Positions 51,906-62,388 of a stretch of DNA of 64,000 nucleotides are shown here, in pieces. A program made the translations under genes and the position numbers. The DNA comes from Methanobacteriota archaeon (GTDB lineage Archaea > Thermoplasmatota > Thermoplasmata > Thermoplasmatales > ARK-15). Below the pieces are notes generated by a model. It searched no databases and was not told the DNA's origin. It saw nothing but the letters and a program-made list of their open reading frames with translations. Within the stretch, counting starts at the first letter, position 1, and each line of letters begins with the position of its first letter. The DNA is taken from NCBI GenBank assembly GCA_009758405.1, contig WSBC01000008.1, positions 16,705-80,704 on the forward strand. Reading direction: 5' to 3'.

Positions 51906-53147
51906 ATGGATTTTGAACCTGGGGATCTCGTGGAAATAAAAACAAAAAAGGGTGTGTTCAGGGGAATTATGATGCCAAAACATGCTTTTAGTGGTGAGGA
52001 TATAATTATTTTAAAGCTTGAGAATGGTTACAATATAGGTATAAAAATGGAAGATGATACTGAGATAAGGGTAATTTCTAAAAGGACCTCCAGAGAAACT
52101 CATAGGGAAATAAAAAGAAAGGTGGATGGAATAGGAGTTTCAGTTCTTGGCACTGGGGGTACAATTGCAAGTTATGTTGATTATACCACTGGTGCTGTAA
52201 AGCCAGCCATTTCTCAGGAGGAATTACTTTTAGCAATTCCGGAGATAGAAGATAAATATAATATAAAAAGTAGAATAATTTTTTCAATACTTAGTGAAAA
52301 TATGAAGGTGGAACACTGGAAGATAATTGCAAAAGAAACATTCAAGGAATTTGACGAATCAAAGGGGGTAATTATTCCACATGGAACAGATACTATGGCA
52401 TATACTGCATCTGCCCTTGCTTTTATGCTGCAGAATTTACCATCTCCTGTTATACTAGTTGGTGCCCAGAGATCGAGTGACAGGCCAAGTTCAGATGCAT
52501 ACCTGAATTTAATATCTAGCCTAAAGCTTGTTGATACAGATCTTGGTGAAGTGGTAATTTCAATGCATGGATCAACCTCAGATACATACATACACGTTCA
52601 TAGAGGGGTAAGGGCTAGAAAGATGCATACAAGCAGGAGGGATGCTTTCAGGAGTATAAATGATAGGCCAATAGCTATAATTGGAAACGATGTTGTATTC
52701 ACAAACACATACAAAAAAAGATCTGGTCCAGCTGTATTAAGAACAGATATGGACGAAAAAGTTGCCTTAATTTACTACTATCCTAACATGGACCCTGAAA
52801 TAGTATATGATATAGGCTCAAGGATGCATGGTTTAATAATTGCAGGAACAGGGCTTGGACATGTATCAGAGGATATTATTCCTGTGATAAAGGACTTAAA
52901 ATCCAAGGGAGTTTTTGTTGGAATTACCTCTCAGTGCCTTTATGGTGCTGTTAATCTAAATGTTTATTCCACGGGTAGGGAGATGATACTTGCTGGAGCA
53001 ATACCATTGAAGGACATGCTTCCTGAGGTGGCATATGTAAAACTTATGTGGGTTCTTGCCAACCATCCGGGTGAAGAGGAGGAGAGGATGCTTGAAAACA
53101 TGGTGGGTGAATTCTCTGAGAGGAGGGTGGGGATAGAATATGTTTAA
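51906..53147 (+). CDS. gatD: Glutamyl-tRNA(Gln) amidotransferase subunit D
   Basis: KLENGYNIG, GTGGTIAS.VDY.TG, HGTDT, GAQRSSDRPSSD, KMHTSRRDAF. Confidence 0.96.
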   Translation: MDFEPGDLVEIKTKKGVFRGIMMPKHAFSGEDIIILKLENGYNIGIKMEDDTEIRVISKRTSRETHREIKRKVDGIGVSVLGTGGTIASYVDYTTGAVKPAISQEELLLAIPEIEDKYNIKSRIIFSILSENMKVEHWKIIAKETFKEFDESKGVIIPHGTDTMAYTASALAFMLQNLPSPVILVGAQRSSDRPSSDAYLNLISSLKLVDTDLGEVVISMHGSTSDTYIHVHRGVRARKMHTSRRDAFRSINDRPIAIIGNDVVFTNTYKKRSGPAVLRTDMDEKVALIYYYPNMDPEIVYDIGSRMHGLIIAGTGLGHVSEDIIPVIKDLKSKGVFVGITSQCLYGAVNLNVYSTGREMILAGAIPLKDMLPEVAYVKLMWVLANHPGEEEERMLENMVGEFSERRVGIEYV

Positions 53148-54963
53148 GGCGGGGTTGGAGATACACCAGCAGCTGGATACAAAAAAATTATTTTGTTCTT
53201 GTAACTCAAATCTAAGCGATAATGTGTTAGGTGAATTTACAAGGGTGTTGAGACCTGTGCAAAGTGAACTCGGAGAATATGATGCGGCAGCACTAATGGA
53301 GTCTATGAAAAAGAGGATGTTCATTTACCAAATAACTGAAAATTCCTGTCTTGTGGAAATGGATGAGGAACCACCGCATGATGTAAACATGGAGGCACTC
53401 GAGATAGCTATACTTGTCTCATTAATGTTCAATTGTAAGATTGTGGATGAAGTACATTTTATGAGGAAGATAGTAATCGATGGATCAAATACAACAGGTT
53501 TTCAAAGGACTGCACTTATTGGGATGGATGGTTATATAAACACCGAATTTGGAAAATTGAGCATTAAATCCATTTGCCTAGAAGAAGAGGCAGCAAGGAA
53601 GATAGATGAACATGAAGGTATTGCCATATATAGGCTTGATAGACTTGGGATACCTTTAATAGAGGTGACCACGGGTCCGGAGTTGAGATCGCCGGAGGAG
53701 GTGAAAAGGGCTGCCCAGATTATAGGATATGCATTAAGATCAACAAAGAAGGTAAAAAGGGGCCTTGGATCCATAAGACAGGATCTGAACATTTCAACAG
53801 ACGGTGAAAGGGTAGAGGTGAAGGGAGTTTCAAGGCTAAATCTCATAGAGAAGATTGCATACTATGAAATGGAAAGGCAGGCAATGCTTATTTCACTTGC
53901 AGAGGAGATTAAAAAGAGAAATCCACCCCTTGAAAAAATGGATATAATTGATGTTACTGATATATTTAGGGAGACAAATAGCAAGATAATAAAAAATGGC
54001 ATAAAAAAGGGTGATAAGGTCTTAGGTATAAGGGTTCCAGGTTTTAAAGGACTTTTAAAGAGTGATAGATACAGGTTTGGAAAGGAACTGGCAGAATTGG
54101 TAAGGGTAATTGGTGTTCCAGGGATATTCCATTCTGATGAATTGCCCAACTATGGCATAAATGAAGCTGAGGTAAATGAACTCAAAAAAAGGTTATCTGT
54201 TGGGAAGGATGATGCCTTCATAATACTAGTGGCTGATGAGGAAAAAGGGAATAAGGCAATGAAATATATGATTGATAGGATAAGAAACGCCATAAAAGGG
54301 GTGAATCCAGAGACTAGGGGACCAAGGGATGATGGTACTACTGAATATCTCAGGCCTTTGCCAGGAAGCGAGAGGATGTATCCTGAGACAGATGTGCCTC
54401 CAATAAGGATCACAATGGAAATGATTGAGAAAATAAGATCCATGCTTCCAAAATCCTATGAGGAGGCAATTATTGAAATTTCAAAAAAATATGGGATTTC
54501 TAAACAGCAGGCAGAGCAGATAATTGATGAAGAAATGGAGGATTATTTTTCAAGATTTTATTCCATATACCAGGACGGTAATACAGTTTTCAGGATACTT
54601 TTCAATATAATACCAGAGATTGAAAAGGAGGGCCTTGATGTTTCAAAGATAGATTATGATGTTCTTGATCAAATTTTCATTGCATTAAGAGAAGGAAGGA
54701 TATTGAAGGAGGCAGTTCCATATCTTCTCAAAATTTATATTGAGAAAAATTCACTACCCTTTGAAAATTTTAAACCTATGGAATTAAAGGAACTTGAGGA
54801 ATTTCTTGAAAAAATTGTAAATGAAAATATTGAGAAGATAAAATCAAGAAACTTAGAGGGTGCATTGATGGGGATTGCCATGGAAAAACTTTATGGAAGG
54901 GCGGATGGTGAAATGGTAAATTCTATTATAAGAAGAATTGTTGAAGGGAGGGAATTAAAATGA
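53140..54963 (+). CDS. gatE: Glutamyl-tRNA(Gln) amidotransferase subunit E
   Basis: GLEIHQQL..KKLFC, DEEPPH, RKIVIDGSNTTGFQRT, RPLPG..RMYPETD. Confidence 0.96.
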   Translation: MFKAGLEIHQQLDTKKLFCSCNSNLSDNVLGEFTRVLRPVQSELGEYDAAALMESMKKRMFIYQITENSCLVEMDEEPPHDVNMEALEIAILVSLMFNCKIVDEVHFMRKIVIDGSNTTGFQRTALIGMDGYINTEFGKLSIKSICLEEEAARKIDEHEGIAIYRLDRLGIPLIEVTTGPELRSPEEVKRAAQIIGYALRSTKKVKRGLGSIRQDLNISTDGERVEVKGVSRLNLIEKIAYYEMERQAMLISLAEEIKKRNPPLEKMDIIDVTDIFRETNSKIIKNGIKKGDKVLGIRVPGFKGLLKSDRYRFGKELAELVRVIGVPGIFHSDELPNYGINEAEVNELKKRLSVGKDDAFIILVADEEKGNKAMKYMIDRIRNAIKGVNPETRGPRDDGTTEYLRPLPGSERMYPETDVPPIRITMEMIEKIRSMLPKSYEEAIIEISKKYGISKQQAEQIIDEEMEDYFSRFYSIYQDGNTVFRILFNIIPEIEKEGLDVSKIDYDVLDQIFIALREGRILKEAVPYLLKIYIEKNSLPFENFKPMELKELEEFLEKIVNENIEKIKSRNLEGALMGIAMEKLYGRADGEMVNSIIRRIVEGRELK

Positions 54964-56744
54964 AGTATGTTCCAGATACATCAGTGATTATAAATGGAAA
55001 ATTTTTTGAACTTATTTCTTCAGGTGGTCATGAGGTGATCATACCTGAAGCAGTTGTTTCAGAGATTGAAGCACAGGCCAATAGGGGTCTGATGATAGGA
55101 TTTACTGGGCTTAAGGAAATGGAAAAAATTAGGGCACTAGAAAGAGAGGGTAAGATAAATTTAAGATTCTATGGTAAAAGACCTGAAAAATGGCAGATAG
55201 AAAAGGCAAAGAGTGGCGAAATTGATGAGATGATAAGACTCACCGCCATTGAAAACAATGCAATCCTTGTTACATCAGATTTTGTTCAGTCTAGTATAGC
55301 AAGAATAAAGGGAATTGAAGTAATATATATAGAAACAAAAAAAGGACCTTCAATTAAGATAGAGGATTTCTTTGACAAGGAAACTATGAGTGTACATCTT
55401 AAGGTAAACACAGTTCCCATGGCAAAGAAGGGTTCACCTGGAAGATTCAATCTTGTAAAATTATCTGATAATATAATGGATGAAATGGACCTCGAAGATA
55501 TTGCTATGGACATTGTGGAGAGGGCAAGAAGTGATACAAATTCTTACATAGAGATGGAGATGAAGGGAGTTACTGTTGTACAGCTCAGAGAATATAGGAT
55601 TGTAATAACAAGGGAACCCTTTTCTGATGGTATTGAGATAACCGCGGTAAAACCAATTGTAAAATTTAGTATAGAACATTATTCAATAGATGATAGGTTG
55701 CTTAAAAGGTTAAAGGAGAGTACCAGAGGTATAATAATATCAGGTGCGCCGGGAGCGGGTAAAACCACCTTTGCACAGGCACTTGCTGAAATGTACAGTT
55801 CCGAGGGAAAAATTGTCAAAACATTAGAGAGACCAAGGGATCTCCAGGTAAAGGATGAAATAACTCAATACACTGCCCTTGAGGGAAGCATGGAGAAGGC
55901 AGGAAATATACTCCTTCTTGTTAGACCTGACTATACAATATTTGATGAGGTAAGGTCCTCTGAGGACTTCCAGGTTTATGCTGATCTCAGGCTTTCTGGT
56001 GTGGGGATGGTGGGGGTAGTTCATGCCACAAGACCTGTTGATGCCATACAGAGGCTTATAGGCAGGATAGAACTTGGAATGATACCGCAGGTGGCGGATA
56101 CATTTATTCATATAGACTCTGGTGAGATAAAGAATGTGTACTATCTTGAATATACTGTTAAGGTTCCCTCTGGAATGAGGGAGGAGGATCTCTCAAGGCC
56201 TGTAATAGAGGTAAGGGATTTCTATAAAAATTCACTTGAATATGAGATTTATAGCTTTGGTGAACAGGTGGTAGTAGTACCTGTTAAGGGCGAAAGAGGG
56301 AGAATATATGAACTGGCCGAAGAAAAGGCACAGGAGATTTTAAAAAGGCATATTGGGTCAGGATTCAGGCTAGAGATTACTTCCCCCAATAGCATGAATT
56401 TATATGTACCTGGATATAAGATACCAGAATTGATAGGAAAAGGTGGGGAAAACATAGATAGACTTGAAAGAGTAATAGGGCTTCACATAAATGTTCTACC
56501 TTACACAGGCGGAGAAAAAGAAAAGATTAATTTAATCGTACAGAAAAAAAAGGATTATTTATATCTCATTGTGGAGGGTGAATATGGTGGCAGGGAAGGG
56601 GCAATAATTGCAGATGATGATGTTCTATTTTCAGGTGTGCTATCAAGGGATGGTATAATAAAATTAAAACAAAATTCACCACAGGGTAAGGCTGTTCTTC
56701 AGGCCCTGGGAGAGGGAAAAAAATTGTACTTTAAACCCTGGTAA
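54960..56744 (+). CDS. PIN-domain ATPase PINA (PIN + VirB11-like ATPase + KH)
   Basis: [44 protein letters not shown] motif. Confidence 0.9.
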   Translation: MKYVPDTSVIINGKFFELISSGGHEVIIPEAVVSEIEAQANRGLMIGFTGLKEMEKIRALEREGKINLRFYGKRPEKWQIEKAKSGEIDEMIRLTAIENNAILVTSDFVQSSIARIKGIEVIYIETKKGPSIKIEDFFDKETMSVHLKVNTVPMAKKGSPGRFNLVKLSDNIMDEMDLEDIAMDIVERARSDTNSYIEMEMKGVTVVQLREYRIVITREPFSDGIEITAVKPIVKFSIEHYSIDDRLLKRLKESTRGIIISGAPGAGKTTFAQALAEMYSSEGKIVKTLERPRDLQVKDEITQYTALEGSMEKAGNILLLVRPDYTIFDEVRSSEDFQVYADLRLSGVGMVGVVHATRPVDAIQRLIGRIELGMIPQVADTFIHIDSGEIKNVYYLEYTVKVPSGMREEDLSRPVIEVRDFYKNSLEYEIYSFGEQVVVVPVKGERGRIYELAEEKAQEILKRHIGSGFRLEITSPNSMNLYVPGYKIPELIGKGGENIDRLERVIGLHINVLPYTGGEKEKINLIVQKKKDYLYLIVEGEYGGREGAIIADDDVLFSGVLSRDGIIKLKQNSPQGKAVLQALGEGKKLYFKPW

Positions 56745-57213
56745 ACTTCTCAAAATATTTATCCTTGAGCGCATACTGCCGTACCTTTATATCGCTCTCA
56801 ATCAAAATAAGCTTTGCAAGGTCATCAGGGTATCCTTCAGAATATATTATCTCCTTAATTCCTGCGTTTATTATCATCTTAGAGCAAACAACACAGGGGT
56901 GGTTTGTTACGTATATCACAGAGTCCTTTACGCTAACACCATGAACGGCTGCCTGTATTATTGCATTCTGTTCAGCATGGAGACCCCTACAAAGCTCATG
57001 CCTTTCACCGGAATTTATTCCCAGATCCTCCCTTATACAACCTGTTACCTCGCAGTGTGCAAGGCCGGATGGGGGTCCATTATAACCGGTGGCTATAACA
57101 TGCTTATCCTTAACAATTACTGCCCCTACCTTCCTCCTCAAACATGTTGATCTTGAGGCTGCAAGATATGCAATCCTCATGAAATACTCATCCCAATCCG
57201 GTCTAGCTTCCAT
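56731..57213 (-). CDS. dCMP deaminase
   Basis: [34 protein letters not shown]. Confidence 0.92.
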   Translation of the reverse strand: MEARPDWDEYFMRIAYLAASRSTCLRRKVGAVIVKDKHVIATGYNGPPSGLAHCEVTGCIREDLGINSGERHELCRGLHAEQNAIIQAAVHGVSVKDSVIYVTNHPCVVCSKMIINAGIKEIIYSEGYPDDLAKLILIESDIKVRQYALKDKYFEKFTRV

Positions 57214-57241
57214 AAAAAAGGAAATGATTACTTATTAAAAT

Positions 57242-57715
57242 TTATTTCCAAATCTGTTTCTCATACTCGTTTAAAAAATCATCTATCTGAACTTTATTCT
57301 CCATTGCATAAATTAGCGCAAGTGTCTCTATTGTAAAATATTTATTTTTCTGTCTCATCCTGTTTATGTCGCCTACAATCTCATTCCTTTTTTTGCCTGT
57401 GCTCTTCTCTATCCTGTCTATTATTCTCTTGAACAGATCCTCCCCCTTTTCTTCCTTTATTTCAAGATCTGCCTGGGTAAGCTCAAAATCTATTGGTACC
57501 TCTATATCCTTCATAGAAAATTGTGGGGTATATGTATCCCCAGATTTTTTAAGCAAATTTAACCTCACGGATACATCAAGGAACTTTTCGACAAATGATG
57601 GTTCCATCCACCTGTTTTCAAATGCAATCACCCTAACAAAATCTTCTTTTTTCAACTCCTGCTTTCCTGTTTTCTTTTGAACAAGGAATATTGCCACCTT
57701 TAATTTATCTATCAT
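57242..57715 (-). CDS. DUF2240-like conserved archaeal protein
   Basis: RWM....FLD, EVPIDF, DLFKRIIDRI pattern. Confidence 0.7.
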   Translation of the reverse strand: MIDKLKVAIFLVQKKTGKQELKKEDFVRVIAFENRWMEPSFVEKFLDVSVRLNLLKKSGDTYTPQFSMKDIEVPIDFELTQADLEIKEEKGEDLFKRIIDRIEKSTGKKRNEIVGDINRMRQKNKYFTIETLALIYAMENKVQIDDFLNEYEKQIWK

Positions 57716-58164
57716 TTTTCCACCAGCCTCCCATCCATTACTCTAAATCTTTTGGGTGCGTCTACCTCAAGATCGGTTATAACAATTTTCCCACCTAAGG
57801 ATATGAAAATTTTTAATAAATTTTCATCATTACTTTTTAATGCAATATTATCAGTAACTTCAATTATTGAATATAGGAATTTTTCATCCACCTTCCTTCC
57901 ACCAAGAACTGCTATTTTTGCACCGGTCAAAATTATATCGTAGACATCATCCTTCCATCTTATGTTTGATTCGAACCAGATATCATAAACCGAAGTAAGT
58001 TTCGATAGTAACTTTAGATTAATATCCCTACCCCTGAATGAGTTTGTGTCAACCATATATATTTCCCTTTGCTTGATCTTTTCAATGAATTCCTTTATAG
58101 ATGCATAACCTTTGATCCCCTTCTTTTCAAGGTAAAATATATCAATTATATTTTGCTCCATCAT
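57712..58164 (-). CDS. HisA/HisF-related truncated barrel protein
   Basis: IYMVD, IWFESNIRWKDDVYDIILTGAKIAVLG resembles the phosphate-binding half-barrel; start at MMEQN is inferred. Confidence 0.55.
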   Translation of the reverse strand: MMEQNIIDIFYLEKKGIKGYASIKEFIEKIKQREIYMVDTNSFRGRDINLKLLSKLTSVYDIWFESNIRWKDDVYDIILTGAKIAVLGGRKVDEKFLYSIIEVTDNIALKSNDENLLKIFISLGGKIVITDLEVDAPKRFRVMDGRLVEK

Positions 58165-58192
58165 TTTATATATACATTCTCCATATTTATAC

Positions 58193-58987
58193 TCAGCGAT
58201 CCCTTCTAGGCCAGAAATCATATAAAAATAATGATAAAACAATGATTGTAAGTGTAATACCAAGGTAAACATAACTCATTGTTGGTATATCATTCGTTTG
58301 CCCCACTAAAATCAATTTAATATCCCCAAACCATGGTAACCATCCAGTTGCTATCCCGTATATCATGGATAGAGTTATGGGCCTGGGGGCAATACCCACA
58401 TTCTGGTCAGCAGCATAGTATGCAATATCCGGATATATGATGTTTGGATCCATTATTCCTGAATTTGCAAGATTATTGTCGCCCATAGTAATAAATCCAT
58501 CCTCACCAATGAATTTTGATAGGTCTACAACAAGATTTCTATCTGAAAAACCCATGTTCATTATTACCACTTTGTAACCAATTATTTCAAGCCATTTACC
58601 TGCTTTACTTTCACCCCTGATATGAAAAATAGGTCCATTCCAGGTGATATAAAATATTGCCCTATGAATAACAGGTATTGTATTAGGCTCAGGATAATAT
58701 AATATAACATTGCCAAAGTCGCCGTAGGTACTATAGTTTATTTCTCTACCTTCCACGTATGTTATTATTTGGCTTACATTTGTTACCTTCTTTGGTATAA
58801 TGATATCCCCTGTATTTATTACACCCCATGTAAAATCATTTCCGTGCTGCATACTCGAAGATTCTATTATTGTAAGTGGTGGCCAGATACCTGAGTAGAT
58901 GTAAAGTCCTAAGAAAATTATTCCTATAATGGATACTGCAATAACTATGCTTTTCAAAGTGTCCTTTAGATTATCTTCTTTATCCAT
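58193..58987 (-). CDS. Signal peptidase I (S26, archaeal type)
   Basis: TM helix then IESSSMQH, GDII, VIHRA, ITMGDNN. Confidence 0.9.
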   Translation of the reverse strand: MDKEDNLKDTLKSIVIAVSIIGIIFLGLYIYSGIWPPLTIIESSSMQHGNDFTWGVINTGDIIIPKKVTNVSQIITYVEGREINYSTYGDFGNVILYYPEPNTIPVIHRAIFYITWNGPIFHIRGESKAGKWLEIIGYKVVIMNMGFSDRNLVVDLSKFIGEDGFITMGDNNLANSGIMDPNIIYPDIAYYAADQNVGIAPRPITLSMIYGIATGWLPWFGDIKLILVGQTNDIPTMSYVYLGITLTIIVLSLFLYDFWPRRDR

Positions 58988-59285
58988 AACATATTTGTAA
59001 AACCATATTGTTTTAAAATTTTTTCCATGATTAGCCTAGTAGAATTTTTTTAAAAAATAATTTATTATATTTTCATTCTCTTTAATTACATATGAATATT
59101 GTATACCAAAAATTTCATTATTACTTCCTTTATTGAATTATTCTTATTCATCTGATTGAATCCCTAGACTTCCTTTTAATTAATGTACTTTTTCTATTAA
59201 TTACATCTATAATCCTTTAATTTAGATATGAATCCTTATATTTATGTTTTAAATAATATTTTTGTACTTGCATTTAAATCCATCA

Positions 59286-59410
59286 ATTAGCCCAATGAAG
59301 GACTGAAAGGGCCATCAATTGAAGCAATGATCCAGTAAAAATATGGGGAGCAGATGATGGTAAGTAGGATCCTTAAATAGGATTTCTACAAAGCCCCATG
59401 GTTCGCTAAT
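59286..59410 (+). ncRNA. Candidate structured ncRNA (HgcC/omega-RNA-like)
   Basis: GC-richer island in an AT-rich spacer; closing stem ATTAGC/GCTAAT, GCCC/GGGC, CCATCA/TGATGG, GTAG..TCCT/AGGA..CTAC, pseudoknot ATGGGG/CCCCAT; UGA/GA K-turn-like motifs. Confidence 0.6.
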
Positions 59411-59477
59411 AAAATTACATTAATAATAAAAAACATGAACAAAAAGATTTTTAAATCCGTATACAAATTCAAAGGAG

Positions 59478-61844
59478 ATGAAAACAATTCCAATAATCTT
59501 GGCTGTATCTTTATTAATTATTGTAAATTTTCAATTTTTGCAATTTTATTCCAATCTACCATTAAATTTAAATGAAAATTCAACATCCTTATTGATAGGA
59601 TATTCAGGGAATAGTGAAGATCTAATACATTATCTTAATTCATTCAAATTAAATTATTATGAATTAGGTCAATATTTCCTCATAAGCGGCTCAAATGGAG
59701 AGATTATTAGTGAAATGAGCTCAAAAATACCTTATTATATTGCAAATAAAATATTTTTTTCTAAACAAGGATTAAAGGTAATTCCTGCCTTATCAAATTC
59801 TAATGATCCGTATACAATTAGTGATATAATCTCGGCCTATGGTATACCATTAATTGGATCATGGGGCAAAAATTTTACAGGTGTGGTTCTTGTTCCCTAT
59901 GGTGACCCAAATTTATTTCAGAACTTGAATAATTTTGATTCAAAATTTAACATAAAAAAAGGGAATATTTCTGTTCAATATTTCCCATCACCTCCAAGGA
60001 CATTTCCATCCGGCTGGATAGAGGAAACAGATCTTGATGTGGAGGTAATGCATGCTGTTGCTCCAGATGCTAGTATAATTGTATTTGTAACCAAGGATGA
60101 TAACTCAACAACACTTGAAATGGCATTGAATTATATCATAGAAAATCACCTTGGTGATGTGGTTTCTATGAGTTGGGGAGGACCAGAGGTACAGGTTTAT
60201 GATCCTTTCTTTCATTCAACAATTTTTAAAGCTGCTGAAAATGGAATTACTCTCGTAGCCGCTACAGGCGATTCAGACATAGTAGAATATCCTGCAAGTG
60301 ACCCATATGTACTTTCTGTTGGTGGAACTTCACTTTATCTCAACAATGGAAAATATTATTTTGAAAGCATATGGAGCAGTAGTGGTGGTGGGAATAGTAC
60401 AATATTTAAAAAGCCTATTTGGCAGCAAGGTGATGGATTATATTCATTAAGTGGAAGGGGTGTGCCTGATCTCTCAATAGATGCAGACCCTTCAACGGGC
60501 GTTTATATTTATTCTGGAGGATTGGTGGGTATGGGGGGTACAAGCCTCTCCGCCCCATTATTATCAGGGATTATACTTGATTTGGATTCAAAAATTGGTT
60601 ATCCCCTTGGTTTCTTTACACCTCAGTTGTATTATATGTATGAAAATTCTCATATGAAGTATTTTCATTCAATATTTTTAGGCCATGGTTTTTCATCTGT
60701 ATGGGAACCGCAGATAGGCCTTGGTAGCCCTATTGTTAATAACTGGACTTTTCAAAAATTAAGATTTTACACGGGTGTTTTTCTAGGGAATTATTCAAAT
60801 GTTAATTCATTTGGCTTCAAGGTAAGAGGAATTGATAAAATACCGTATCATAATGATGATGTTTTCTCCTTTACTGTAAATATATCAGGTGAATATAATA
60901 TTTCCATAGGATATATGATTCCTGAAAAAATGTTTTATTATTCTTATGATAATGAAAGAATTTTTCTAACACCGGTCCAAAATAATACTCTCTATTCTTT
61001 GAAAATTTATACTACCAATTCTACAATAAAAATAAATGAATTATATTTTAGAATCCCAAGGATACCTTCAAATTTCTCTCTTTATTCATTTGCCATTGTA
61101 AAAAGTGGTGAAGGGTTTTATACAAATCTTGGACCTGTAGAATTTAGGGATTTCTACATAGAAATTCAGAATAAAAATTATTATCCATCTAAAATATTAG
61201 CAATTAAAGGGAATGGTTGCTATGGAGCATTCGAATTACCCTTTATCTATAATGATTTTGTTATAGGAGATGTGGGAAATTTTTCTGAAGATATATTATG
61301 GCCAAGAAATTTTTCATATTTGTCTATGAATAGTCTTGAGGTGAATGAAACAAGCATAGGAACGTTACCCTTTGTTGTCGGTGCTGGTACCACTGAAGAT
61401 CCATATATAATTACAGGGATAATGGTAAAAGGGACGGTAGGTATATCAATCGATTTGAAAGGTAGTATTTTACTTAATAATATAATTGTTAATGCATTCT
61501 ATGGAATAATCAGTGAAGAGAGTAATATTATTACAGTAAAAAATTCTAAAATAACTTCTATTATGGGTTTACAACTTGTAAATTCTAAAATCTATATATA
61601 CAATTCTACGATAATTTCTTTATTTTCCACAGTTACATCATTTTCTACAATATTTGTTAAAAATAGTAAAATTTATTCCCTTATAGCTTTTTCTACATTT
61701 TTTGATTATATAAATATTGAAGATTCATGGATAATTTCACCGATTCCATTTGATGATAATTATTTTTTTAATATTTTGAATATTATTTTAATTTTATTAA
61801 TAATTATCACCATCTTTCTTGTGAAAAAACTTAAGAAAAACTAA
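59478..61844 (+). CDS. Membrane-anchored S53 peptidase with C-terminal extension
   Basis: Signal peptide; ETDLDVE, ATGD, RGVPD, GGTSLSAP, GLGSP; GAGTTEDPYII followed by I.NS.I repeats and a C-terminal TM helix. Confidence 0.88.
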   Translation: MKTIPIILAVSLLIIVNFQFLQFYSNLPLNLNENSTSLLIGYSGNSEDLIHYLNSFKLNYYELGQYFLISGSNGEIISEMSSKIPYYIANKIFFSKQGLKVIPALSNSNDPYTISDIISAYGIPLIGSWGKNFTGVVLVPYGDPNLFQNLNNFDSKFNIKKGNISVQYFPSPPRTFPSGWIEETDLDVEVMHAVAPDASIIVFVTKDDNSTTLEMALNYIIENHLGDVVSMSWGGPEVQVYDPFFHSTIFKAAENGITLVAATGDSDIVEYPASDPYVLSVGGTSLYLNNGKYYFESIWSSSGGGNSTIFKKPIWQQGDGLYSLSGRGVPDLSIDADPSTGVYIYSGGLVGMGGTSLSAPLLSGIILDLDSKIGYPLGFFTPQLYYMYENSHMKYFHSIFLGHGFSSVWEPQIGLGSPIVNNWTFQKLRFYTGVFLGNYSNVNSFGFKVRGIDKIPYHNDDVFSFTVNISGEYNISIGYMIPEKMFYYSYDNERIFLTPVQNNTLYSLKIYTTNSTIKINELYFRIPRIPSNFSLYSFAIVKSGEGFYTNLGPVEFRDFYIEIQNKNYYPSKILAIKGNGCYGAFELPFIYNDFVIGDVGNFSEDILWPRNFSYLSMNSLEVNETSIGTLPFVVGAGTTEDPYIITGIMVKGTVGISIDLKGSILLNNIIVNAFYGIISEESNIITVKNSKITSIMGLQLVNSKIYIYNSTIISLFSTVTSFSTIFVKNSKIYSLIAFSTFFDYINIEDSWIISPIPFDDNYFFNILNIILILLIIITIFLVKKLKKN

Positions 61845-62033
61845 TTTAAGCAATTGATATTCTCTATTTTACTTATGCCTACTTGAAAAAAGTTTGTAAT
61901 TAATGTATCCTCTTCCTTTACATAAATTTTTTAAAGTCTATCCCTTATTCAATTGTTTTCTTATTTCAGATAAGTTATACAAAAAGTTAAAAAAAGAATG
62001 AAAATATTTAAATATAAGATTGCATTATTATGC

Positions 62034-62086
62034 AATTGATCACGCTGATGCCCCTCCTCCCCTTTTATTGTATGATCAATTTTTTG
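62034..62086 (+). ncRNA. Candidate small hairpin RNA with a C-rich loop
   Basis: TTTAAATA at 62007-14; stem AATTGATCA/TGATCAATT enclosing CCCCTCCTCCCC; ends in a T tract. Confidence 0.4.
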
Positions 62087-62293
62087 TTGGGAACTTTAGG
62101 GTTTTATTGGGTAATTTTTTTAATGATATCAAATAATCATTCTAATTCATATTTTGAAATAAATGACTTGTATTTCTTCCATGAAAAAAATCTTTTAAAA
62201 TCGATAAGTTATTTATGCTAATTTTAAAATATTTTAAATAAAAAATTTCTCAATCCTTAAATTTTATATACATTAATAGTATTTTCATTACTA

Positions 62294-62388
62294 CCCGGCT
62301 TAGCTCAGTGGTAGAGCGGCGGACTGTAGTGGGAAAAATTTCCGCCGTGGTTATCCGCATGTCCCCGGTTCGAATCCGGGAGCCGGGA
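62294..62388 (+). tRNA. tRNA-Tyr(GTA) with a 23-nt intron at 37/38 (62330-62352)
   Basis: CCCGGCTTAGCTCAGTGGTAGAGCGGCGGA-CTGTAG-[TGGGAAAAATTTCCGCCGTGGTT]-ATCCGCATGTCCCCGGTTCGAATCCGGGAGCCGGGA; C1-G72 tyrosine identity pair. Confidence 0.92.

Noticed and set aside
59286-59410. TPP, c-di-AMP or cobalamin riboswitch, hammerhead ribozyme, 5S rRNA or RNase P RNA
   Set aside because: The diagnostic cores (CUGAGA, CUGANGA..GAAA, GAGGAAAGUCC and others) are absent; kept only as an unclassified ncRNA candidate.
62041-62062. Second fluoride aptamer suggested by GCTGATGCCCCT
   Set aside because: The 5' half (GGNGATGRNGYYCNCC, P1 stem) is missing.
62030-62221. 63-aa ORF upstream of tRNA-Tyr
   Set aside because: Low-complexity AT-rich translation with no SD or motif; the hairpin RNA reading explains the signal better.
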